DNA from: Thermoplasmata archaeon
Lineage (GTDB): Archaea > Thermoplasmatota > Thermoplasmata > Lutacidiplasmatales > UBA184
NCBI GenBank assembly: GCA_021817245.1
Contig: JAKAVQ010000001.1
Coordinates: forward strand, 212,265 to 276,264
Reading direction: 5' to 3'
DNA length: 64,000 nucleotides
Below are positions 43,206-51,600 of this stretch, one piece after another. The position numbers were made by a program, and so were the translations under genes. Under the pieces are notes generated by a model that was given only the letters and a program-made list of their open reading frames with translations, was not told the DNA's origin and made no database searches. Position 1 is the stretch's first letter, and every line of letters starts with the position of its first letter.

Positions 43206-46040
43206 TTGCGGGGCCCCGCGAGTGCCGGGGAAACTACAAGAGGCCAGTCCTTCCATGCTGAGCCCACCGGATGCTCGCCAACCCGTTCGGCGATTGAGGG
43301 ACCCTTGCCCGAGGAGCGCGCGCACGAGCCGCCGCGCACGGGCCGAGTGTCGACCGGGAACACGGGCGTCGATACGATGCTCGAGGGGGGCCTCGTCCCT
43401 CGGCGACCGTACCTCATCGTCGGACCGTCGGGGACCGGAAAGACCACCCTCGCGCTCCAGTTCCTCATCGACGGTGCCCGCCGCGGAGAGCGGACGCTCT
43501 TCGTGACGACGGAGGAGCCCCCGAACGAGGTCCGCCTGAATCATCGCGCGCTGGGTTCCTCGCTCGACGATGTGGAGGTGTTCGACGCGATCCCGGACAT
43601 CATGCGCTACGAGCGCACCCCGTTCAAGGACATCGCGTCGGTGCGGGCGGTGACCCCGTTCCGGGAGGTGCCGCTCGAGATCCGACGCTCCCCCGAGCTC
43701 TCCGCGGTCGAGGTGACGATGACCGGGCTCGAGCAGATGATGCGCAGCGAGGTGCCCCGGCGCGGGTACTCCCGCATCGCGATCGACTCGCTGACCGCCC
43801 TTCAGTACTTCTGCATGAAGGGGTTCGACCCGGTGGCCGGAGCCCAGGCGTTCCTCCGCTTCCTCTCGGACCTCCGCGTCACGACGATCCTCACGGTCGA
43901 GTCCCCGCTCGAGGACGTCGAGACCCCCGAGCGGATGCTCGCGCGCGGCGAGATCCGGCTGTTCCGCTGGGAGCTCGACGGACGCACGGTCCGTGCGATC
44001 GGGGTCGAGAAGTTCCGCGGGAGCAGCCACGATGTCCGGCTTCACCCGTACCGGATCGGATCGCGCGGCCTCGACGTGAACCTGGACGTGACGATCTCCC
44101 GGGACACCCGGCAGATCTTGGAGACCCCGCTCCCTCCGCCGGAGGCCGTCTCCTCGCCCGTTCCCCCGATCCCCGAGGGCACCTCCTCCCCGGTCGACCC
44201 CTTGGGCGACGGGGTCCGAGACCTCGTGCTCGCCGGGGCCGAAGTGGGGCCGGTACGGACCGAGATCGAAGCGGCGCTCGGCGCGGCGGTGGCCGGGGAG
44301 ACCGACCGGCTCCAGGGCCACATCTCGCGCGCCGCCGCGCTCGTCGTCGCGGCGGGAGAGGGGCTGCACGACCGGCTGAAGGACACGGTGCCGAACGACG
44401 CGGTGGTCGCGGGGGCCTATCAGCGGATCCGACAGCGCAACGAAGCCGCGCGGGCCGGTCTGCCTCCCACGACGCTCCCGCCCCCGAAGCTTGTGGGGGC
44501 CCAGCTCGAGTGGGTGCTCTCCCTGTTGCCGCGGACCGCGCCAGGGGGGTCTGGGGGAACGCCGACGGTGGTCCCGCCGGCGACCATGGAGGCTCCGGCG
44601 AACGCCCCTGGGGCTCCGGAGACCCCGGCAGGGGAGCCTTTTGGGCTGGCGCTCGCCGACCGCCCGTCGCGCCTCACGCCCGATCGCCCCGTGGTCTCCG
44701 TTCCGGCCGTCCTCGGGCTCCCGCCCTCCGAGCCCGAGTCACTTCCGCCCATCTCCGTGAGCGGAGGCGAACCGTTGAAGGAGCTGACGACGGACGCGCT
44801 GACCGCCTCCCGCCGCACCGACCTCGGCACCCAAAGCGGAATGGCCGGGGAGGGTGCCCGCGATCCTGAGGTGCTCGCGTCGACGAGCCGTGCTTCTGTC
44901 GCTTCCGATCCGAGGTCCGACCGCCCGATCGAGCTCCGGCCCCTCACCCTGGAAGCGGAGTCCGCCAGTCCACGGGCGCCCCCGCCGCGCCCGGAAATGG
45001 CCGAAACCGGTCGGGTCGGAGAGCCGACCTCGACCCTCCCAGCTCCTCCCATGGCGCCCCCCTCCACGTCGGACGAAGCGGCGCCCACGCCGTCGATTGC
45101 GCACGGCCGATCGGAGCCGACCGGCATCCTCGCCGGCCCGATGGAGGCAACCGCGTCTCCGGCGGTTCCCGCGGCCGGCCCTCCGTCGCTCCCGGTGGGC
45201 GAGATCGCTGAACGGGCTCCGCGCGCTCCTGAGGAGACCCTTCTCCCCCCCGAGGACCGGTCGGCGCCGCCGACCGGCCGGCTGCCGTCTCCGCCCACGG
45301 CCATGGCGCGTCGGCCACCCCTCCCGACCGTCGCGAGCATGGCCCCGCGGCCGAGTCCCCGGCGCACGCCGTCGCGGGCCAGTACCGCCCCGGCGGCGGC
45401 CATCGCCACCGCCCGGGCGGCGGTACCTTTCGCTACCGCCGGCGCCGAGGCTGGACCTCCGGCCGGGTCTCCTACAGTCGCCCCGGTTCCGCCGGTCGCC
45501 GCCCCCCCCGCGGTGGACGCCGGCCCCGTCTCCCCCTCCTCGCCAGTCTCGGCCCCGGCGGGGGGATCCGTCTTCCCGGCCCCCAGCCCTCTGGCTCCGC
45601 CCGAAGCACCAGGGTCGCCCGCCACCGCTGCAGTCCCCCGTCGCCGACGCCGCACCTCCACGCCCAGGAAGAAGGCGGCAGCGCCGGCCCCCGCGGAGTC
45701 GGTTCCGACCGAGACTCCCTTGGTGACCTCGACGAGCGCGGAAGGCGGAGCCGTCGAGGGGACCATCGCCCCGGCAGTCCCTCTGGTGGAGGGTGCGGTG
45801 GCGGCCGGGTCGACGAAGCCGAAGCGCCGGCCGGCCCGTAAGCGCAAGGCGCCCCGAGTACTCGCCGCCAAACCCGGGCCGCTCCCACCCGAGTCGTCGG
45901 ATCCGTCCGGCGGGGACCCGCCACCGGTCGCGGCCCGGGATCCGCCCACCGATCCGATCCCCCGGTCATCCTCCGAGGCCCCGCCGAGCCCACCGTCGGA
46001 ACCGCCGCCGGAGCCCCCACCCCCGTCGGAGCCGTCGTGA
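43206..46040 (+). CDS. KaiC/RecA-superfamily ATPase domain (~300 aa) fused to a ~600-aa Pro/Ala/Ser-rich disordered region
   Basis: …VSTGNTGVDTMLEGGLVPRRPYLIVGPSGTGKTTLALQFLIDGARRGERTLFVTTEEPPNEV… (KaiC-like Walker A region), with an extra Walker-B-like segment RIAIDSLTAL. From residue ~330 onward, low-complexity P/A/S/T. Likely true start at GTG 43347. The downstream gene start overlaps this stop (GTGA). Confidence 0.7.
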   Translation: MRGPASAGETTRGQSFHAEPTGCSPTRSAIEGPLPEERAHEPPRTGRVSTGNTGVDTMLEGGLVPRRPYLIVGPSGTGKTTLALQFLIDGARRGERTLFVTTEEPPNEVRLNHRALGSSLDDVEVFDAIPDIMRYERTPFKDIASVRAVTPFREVPLEIRRSPELSAVEVTMTGLEQMMRSEVPRRGYSRIAIDSLTALQYFCMKGFDPVAGAQAFLRFLSDLRVTTILTVESPLEDVETPERMLARGEIRLFRWELDGRTVRAIGVEKFRGSSHDVRLHPYRIGSRGLDVNLDVTISRDTRQILETPLPPPEAVSSPVPPIPEGTSSPVDPLGDGVRDLVLAGAEVGPVRTEIEAALGAAVAGETDRLQGHISRAAALVVAAGEGLHDRLKDTVPNDAVVAGAYQRIRQRNEAARAGLPPTTLPPPKLVGAQLEWVLSLLPRTAPGGSGGTPTVVPPATMEAPANAPGAPETPAGEPFGLALADRPSRLTPDRPVVSVPAVLGLPPSEPESLPPISVSGGEPLKELTTDALTASRRTDLGTQSGMAGEGARDPEVLASTSRASVASDPRSDRPIELRPLTLEAESASPRAPPPRPEMAETGRVGEPTSTLPAPPMAPPSTSDEAAPTPSIAHGRSEPTGILAGPMEATASPAVPAAGPPSLPVGEIAERAPRAPEETLLPPEDRSAPPTGRLPSPPTAMARRPPLPTVASMAPRPSPRRTPSRASTAPAAAIATARAAVPFATAGAEAGPPAGSPTVAPVPPVAAPPAVDAGPVSPSSPVSAPAGGSVFPAPSPLAPPEAPGSPATAAVPRRRRRTSTPRKKAAAPAPAESVPTETPLVTSTSAEGGAVEGTIAPAVPLVEGAVAAGSTKPKRRPARKRKAPRVLAAKPGPLPPESSDPSGGDPPPVAARDPPTDPIPRSSSEAPPSPPSEPPPEPPPPSEPS

Positions 46041-46816
46041 GCGCTCCCGAGCTCCGACCGGAACACCGGGTCGCCACCGGCATCCCCGGGCTCGACCGGA
46101 TGCTGGGCGGAGGGCTTGTCAGCGGCCGACCGTACCTCGTTACCGGCGGCTCGGGGAGTGGAAAGACGCTCCTGGGGCTCATGTTCCTGCTCGAGGGGCT
46201 GCGTCGGGGCGAGCAGGTGCTCCTGGTCGCGGTCGACGAGCCGCCGGCCGAGATCATGGAGAACGTCGGGGCGTTCGGTTGGGACCTCTCCCAGGTCTCG
46301 ACCCTCGACGCGAACCCGGGCACGCGGGCGATCAAGCGGAACCTCGCCGTGCAGGAGATCCGCACCATGACCGACCTTCGCTCCCTGCGCGAACTATCCC
46401 AGGAGACGAAGCGGACGAGCGACGCCGAAGACGTGTCCGTACAGTCGATCCAGCTCAAGCTGCGGCAGCAGATGGCGGACCGCCCTTTCCGCCGGGTCCT
46501 CGTCGACTCGATCACGTCGGTCCGGCGTTTCACGGTCAAGGCCTCGGTCGACCCGCAGGCGGAGCGGACGGAGATCCAGTCGCTCCTGCGCTTCCTCTCG
46601 GAGTCCGGGGTCACGACGCTGATCACGGCGAATCCGAGCGACCCCGGGGTGCTCACGCCCGAGGAGGTCCTGACCCGGGGGGAGATCCTGCTGAGCCGCA
46701 AGTGGATCGATGACCGATCGGTCCGACAGGTCAAGATCGTCCGGATGCGCGGCTGCGCGCACGACCCCGAGCGTCGTCCGTTCGTCATCACGAACCAGGG
46801 GATCGTGGTCGGCTAG
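46037..46816 (+). CDS. KaiC-like single-domain RecA-superfamily ATPase
   Basis: GTG start. TGIPGLDRMLGGGLVSGRPYLVTGGSGSGKTLLGLMFLLEGLRRGEQVLLVAVDEPPAEIMENVGAFGWDL… and Walker B RVLVDSITSV. 259 aa. Confidence 0.8.
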   Translation: MSAPELRPEHRVATGIPGLDRMLGGGLVSGRPYLVTGGSGSGKTLLGLMFLLEGLRRGEQVLLVAVDEPPAEIMENVGAFGWDLSQVSTLDANPGTRAIKRNLAVQEIRTMTDLRSLRELSQETKRTSDAEDVSVQSIQLKLRQQMADRPFRRVLVDSITSVRRFTVKASVDPQAERTEIQSLLRFLSESGVTTLITANPSDPGVLTPEEVLTRGEILLSRKWIDDRSVRQVKIVRMRGCAHDPERRPFVITNQGIVVG

Positions 46817-46870
46817 TCGGGTCCCCCGCCCGCGACGGATAAAGGGGGGCGCTCCTATCGCCGCTCCGCC

Positions 46871-47371
46871 GTGGCGTTCTGGATCCTGAAGGAGGAGCCG
46901 ACGGTCTACTCCTACCACCACCTCGAGCGCGACGGCGCGACGCGCTGGACCGGCGTCCACAACGCCCTCGCCCTGCGCCACCTCCGGGCGATGCGTCCGA
47001 AGGACCGCGCGCTGTACTACCACACCGGGGCGGAGCGGTCGTGCGTCGGGATCGTCGAGGTCGCTTCGGAGCCTCAACCCGACCCATACGACGACCGCGG
47101 ATCCTACCGCGTGGACGTTCGTCCCGTCCGGGCTCTCCGCCGACCGATCCCGCTCTCCGAAGTGAGGCTCGACCCCGCGCTCGCCGGGATCGCGCTCGTA
47201 CGGCTCCCCCGGCTGTCGGTGCTTCCGCTCTCCGAGGACCAGTGGGTCCGTCTCCTCGCCCACGAAGACGCGACGCCGCGACCCGGGCCGGTCCTCACAC
47301 CAGGAGCGAAGGGTCGCGGGACAACGAGCGTCCCACGGCCCCGGCCCACCGGGGCGCGGCGTAGACGCTGA
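46871..47371 (+). CDS. EVE (PUA-like) domain protein
   Basis: MAFWILKEEPTVYSYHHLERDGATRWTGVHNALALRHLRAMRPKDRALYYHTGAERSCVGIVEVASEP… matches the EVE domain signature. The C-terminal ~30 aa overlap the convergent HD gene and may be read-through. Confidence 0.75.
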   Translation: MAFWILKEEPTVYSYHHLERDGATRWTGVHNALALRHLRAMRPKDRALYYHTGAERSCVGIVEVASEPQPDPYDDRGSYRVDVRPVRALRRPIPLSEVRLDPALAGIALVRLPRLSVLPLSEDQWVRLLAHEDATPRPGPVLTPGAKGRGTTSVPRPRPTGARRRR

Positions 47372-48560
47372 GCGCCCAGTCGGACGGGGGGCGCTCCGCC
47401 AGCGTGCGCCACGGGCTCGTCCCCCGGAACGGGAACGTCGTGCGGCCCCCGACGATCAGTCCGATTTCCCCCCAGTCGTCGCCGGGAGCCGTCCCGGGAG
47501 CGACGCCGATGAGATCGATGAGCACGGACCCGGGCGGCGCCTTCACGCGCGCGGCCACTTGGTCTTCGAGCGCTCGTCGTTCTGCCGGTCGGGCGAGGAG
47601 CCGCCGCCACGCCCGCCGCGCCCTTCCCTCGGCCGTTCGCCGACCGAAGGCCCGCTTGTACAGCCGACGCTCCGTCAATCCCGCGACCAGGGCGCCGCTC
47701 ATTCCCCCGGCCTCGGAAAGGCGCAGGAGAAGCTCGCCGTCGGTCGCCCGGAAGAGCGGACGGGCCGCCTCGGGGTAGCCCGGGAGCCGTTCCACCGCCC
47801 CCTGGGCCATCATCTCGGCGGCGCGGACGGTCTTGTGAAAGTAGACCGAGGAGTACATCAGCGCCCGTGCGACCAGGAACCCCTCGACCGCGCTCCGGCC
47901 CTTCTCGGCGAAAGCGATCCGCTCTCCGGCCGATCGGATCGTGTCGAGCAGGCGGACCGCGTCGACCGCCCCGTGAGCGACCCCGGTGTAGTACGCGTCG
48001 CGTTGCAGGTAGTCGATGCGATCCGCGTCGATCGCACCGTGCAGGATGCGGAGGAGGAGGGGAGCGCCGCCTGCCGCCGGGAGCCGGAGGAGGTCGGCGA
48101 CCGCGCGCGGCGAGATCCCGAACCGCTCGAGGACCCGGGGGACCTCGACCTTGTCGGCCGGCCAGTCCGGGTCCGTGCCCTCGACGCGGTCCCGGGAGAG
48201 CTTTTCGTGCGGACCCCCCAGCACCTCGGCCATCGGGCCGTCGAGGGTGTGGGAGAACGGACCATGGCCGAGGTCGTGGAGGAGCGCGCCGGCCGTCACC
48301 GTCTCTATCGTGGCGGTCGGCAACGCGAGTCCCTCCGCCATGCGGCGAGCGACCCAGTAGGTCCCGAGCGAGTGCTCGAGACGGGTGTGGTTCGCCCCGG
48401 GAAAGACGAGGTGGGCGAACCCGGTCTGCCGGATCCCCCAGAGCCGCTGGAACTCCGGGGTGCCGATCAGCGCGAGCGCGGCCCCCTCGAAGGAGATCGG
48501 TCCGTGTACCGGGTCGAAGATCGACTTCCGCGGACTTCGGCCCGGGCGGCCTCCGGCCAT
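47295..48560 (-). CDS. HD-domain phosphohydrolase (dGTPase/SAMHD1-like dNTP triphosphohydrolase family)
   Basis: …IFDPVHGPISF…FQRLWGIRQTGFAHLVFPGANHTRLEHSLGTY…LLHDLGHGPFSH…IDADRIDYLQRDAYYTGV. Start taken at MAGGRPGRSP (48560); a GTG at 48650 is the alternative. Confidence 0.8.
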   Translation of the reverse strand: MAGGRPGRSPRKSIFDPVHGPISFEGAALALIGTPEFQRLWGIRQTGFAHLVFPGANHTRLEHSLGTYWVARRMAEGLALPTATIETVTAGALLHDLGHGPFSHTLDGPMAEVLGGPHEKLSRDRVEGTDPDWPADKVEVPRVLERFGISPRAVADLLRLPAAGGAPLLLRILHGAIDADRIDYLQRDAYYTGVAHGAVDAVRLLDTIRSAGERIAFAEKGRSAVEGFLVARALMYSSVYFHKTVRAAEMMAQGAVERLPGYPEAARPLFRATDGELLLRLSEAGGMSGALVAGLTERRLYKRAFGRRTAEGRARRAWRRLLARPAERRALEDQVAARVKAPPGSVLIDLIGVAPGTAPGDDWGEIGLIVGGRTTFPFRGTSPWRTLAERPPSDWALSVYAAPRWAGAVGRSLSRDPSLLV

Positions 48561-48635
48561 CGCCCGGCGGCAGGCGTGCCCGACCTTAAGCCCCCGGCCG
48601 CCGGCCCGGCGCGCAACCCGCCAGTCGAGGACGAA

Positions 48636-48646
48636 CGTATTTATGA
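48636..48646 (+). promoter_or_regulatory. TATA-like box (CGTATTTATGA) ~27 nt upstream of the TPR-protein ATG
   Basis: AT-rich motif at archaeal TATA spacing; no SD; implies a leaderless start at 48671. Confidence 0.4.
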
Positions 48647-48670
48647 ACACGTTGACGTCGGAGAACGGTC

Positions 48671-51600
48671 ATGAGTACACAGGGGTCCGCCCAGGACCCG
48701 AACGGCGACCCGGTCGGGGGGATCCACGCGCACTGGCACGCGGTCGAGGAAGCGGAGTCGCGCCCCGACCGAGGGCGGTACCTGGGGGCGCTCAAGGGGT
48801 TCCTTGCGTTCGCCGAGGGCCACGCGGCGGAGCTCGCCAACGCCGCGGCGGAGGCGACCCCGCTGCTCGAGGAGGCCGCGATGGCGTTCTCTCGGGCGGG
48901 CCAGCCGGACTTCGCCCGTCGGGCGGTCGACCTCGGGCTCTCCCTCACCCCGGGCTCCGCCTCGCTGCTCCACCAGAAGGCGCTCGTCCTGCTCGCGCAG
49001 AACCAGGACCTTCCCGAGGTCGTCCGCCTTACCGACCAGGCTCTCGAGGCGAACCCGCACGACAAGGGCCTCTGGGCGACGCGGGCGGATGCGCTTCGGC
49101 TTGAGGGGCTTACGGCCGAGGCGGTCGAGTCGTATCTCAAGGCCCAGCAGCTCGACGCGGCATCGACCCAGTACGTCGACAAGGCCCTCAAGATCGCACC
49201 GCGCGACCCCCGCGTTCTCCGTACGAAGCTCGACCTCGCCCGCGCGCTCGGCGGCGAACTGCCGGCCCTCGCGGCGTGCGAGGAGCTCCTGAAGGAGCGG
49301 CCGGACGACCTCGAGCTCCTCGATGCCCGGGCGGAGCTCCTCGCCGCCCTCGGCCGGACCGAGGAGGCGCTCGAGCCGCTCGCCCGGGTGCGGGCCGCGC
49401 TCCCGGACGACGTCCGGTCCAACCTGCTCGCGGTCCGCCTGCTCGTCCGTCTCGGACGGGACGAGGAGCTGCTCCCGATCGCGAAGGCGATCGTGGAGGG
49501 CGTTAAGGCCCCGGATCCCGCGGCGCTCGGCGAGATCGCCCACCTCACCGAGACGAAGTTTCCCGAGCTGGCGCTCTCCGCGCGGGAGCACCTCAAGGAC
49601 CTCGACCCGAGGAACCTCCAGAACCTGCTCGATCTGCGGACGCTCGCGACGCGGCTCGACCAGCCCGAGATCGCGCTCGCGGCACTGCGCACCGTCCTCT
49701 CGACTCAGCCCGACAGCCTCGAGGCGATGCGGGGGATCGCCGAGATCGAGCTCGGCCAGGGCCACGGCGAAGCGGCCCTCGAAGCGTACCGCGCGCTCGC
49801 CAAGGCGCATCCCCACGCGGTGAGCGAGCTCCGGAAGGGGCTCGATGCCGCCCGGGAGCTCGGACGCCCGGACCTCCTCCTCGAGTTCGCGCGGGCGATC
49901 CTGGGCGAAGATCCCGCCGACCTCGCCGCGCAGGTCGCGCTGGCCCGAACGCTCGCGTCCGCCGGGCAGCTCGCCGAAGCGCTCCGGGCCTACGACGCCC
50001 TCCTCGCCGCGCACCCCGGCGATCTCGACTACCTTCTCGAGAAGAAGGACGTGGTGGCCCGCGCGGACGATCCGGTCGCTCTCGCCTCGGTGCTGGACGA
50101 CCTGTTCCGCCTCGATCCGACGCGCACCGAGGTCGCCGTGGAGCGCGGGAACCTCCACCTGAACCTCGCGTACGACCGGCCGGAAGGTTCGGCCGAGCGA
50201 GAGCGCGATGCGCGGACCGCGCTCGTCTCCTACGAGCGGGCATCCACGGACCCGCAGGCGGCCGCCATCGCCGGTCTCGGGATCGCCCGCGCCTCTCGAT
50301 TGATCGGGGACCACGAACGGGCGATCCGCGCCTACGAGAGCTTTCTCGCCCCCCCCTCGAACCAGGGGCGGTACGACATCCTGAAAGAGCTCGGTCACGC
50401 GCTCCGGGAGACCGGACGATACTCCGAGGCCGCGGAGGCCTACGGCCGCGCGATCTCGGGCGGCCTCGAGGACCCCGACCTTTTCTGGGGGGCCGCCGAG
50501 GTGCTCGCCCAGCTGAACCAGGACGCCCGGGCCCTGCAGCTGCTCGACCTCCTGCTGCGACGGGAGCCGTCGAACCCCCTCTATCTCCGACGCAAGGGCC
50601 AGCTCCTCCTCAAGGCCGGTCGCCGCGCGGACGCGCTCGCGGTCCTGCAGCAGGCGGTGGCGAGCGCGCACGGGGACCCCCACGCGTACTTCGAGGTCGC
50701 GGAAGCGCTGCGGGCCCAGGGAGCGTACGCCGACGCGGTCTCGTACTACCGGCGCGGGATCGGCCTCGACCCGAAGAACCGCCACGGGCGGCTCGCGCTC
50801 GCCGAGACGCTCGGGCTGGCCGGTCAGTACTCGGAGGTCGTCGACCTCATCGACCCGCTGCTCACCGAGGACCCGAACGATATCGCCGCTTGGAGGGTCC
50901 GGGGCGACGCGCTCCGGGCCCTCGGCCGGCCATCGGAGGTCCTCTACTCCCTACGGGCGATCCTCCTTCTCGAACCGGACAACGGCCCGGCCCTCCTCGA
51001 GATGTACCGTCTCCATCGCGACGCCAAGGAGACGAAGGAGGCGTTCGAGACGCTGAGCCGGCTTCTCGCCTCCGACGCTCCCGAGGCGCAGGACGCGACC
51101 CTCCAGCTCGAGCGCGGAGACCTCGCGGCCAGCCTCGGTCTTACCGAGGAAGCGAACGGCTCCTACGAGCGCGCCGCGCAGATCGACCCGGTCTACGGCG
51201 TCGAGATCGCGATCCGCCGCGCCCGACTGCGCCTCACCGCCGGTCGTCCGGATCTCGCCCTCGAGGTCCTCGACGAGGGGCTGAAGGGCCACCCGGAAGG
51301 TGCGCCGCCGAACCTCGGGGCGCTCCTCCTTCGGGCCGAGATCCTCGACGCGCTCGAGCGACCGGCCGAGTCCCGGGCCGTCTACGAAGAGGTCCGCCGC
51401 CGGGAGCCGAAATCCCCGGTCGCGCTCGCCGGCATCGCGCGGGCGATGCTCGCCCAGGGTCAGCACGCGGACGCCGCGGAGTTCCTGCGCGCTTCGATCC
51501 CTCAGGTGCCGCCGCAGGAATCCCTCTACCTCCTTCTCGCCGAGGCCGAAGGGGGGCTCGGCCACCTCGACCGAGCGACGGAGGCGGTCCGGGAGGGGAC

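Noticed and set aside
43059-44369. 436-aa minus ORF antisense to the KaiC-like gene
   Set aside because: Arg/Asp/Gly-rich shadow ORF. The sense strand encodes clear Walker A and KaiC motifs.
44420-46066. 548-aa Gly/Ser/Ala-rich minus ORF antisense to the KaiC low-complexity tail
   Set aside because: Mirror image of the Pro/Ala-rich sense frame. The sense frame is supported by GTGA coupling to the downstream KaiC gene; the antisense one has no start context.
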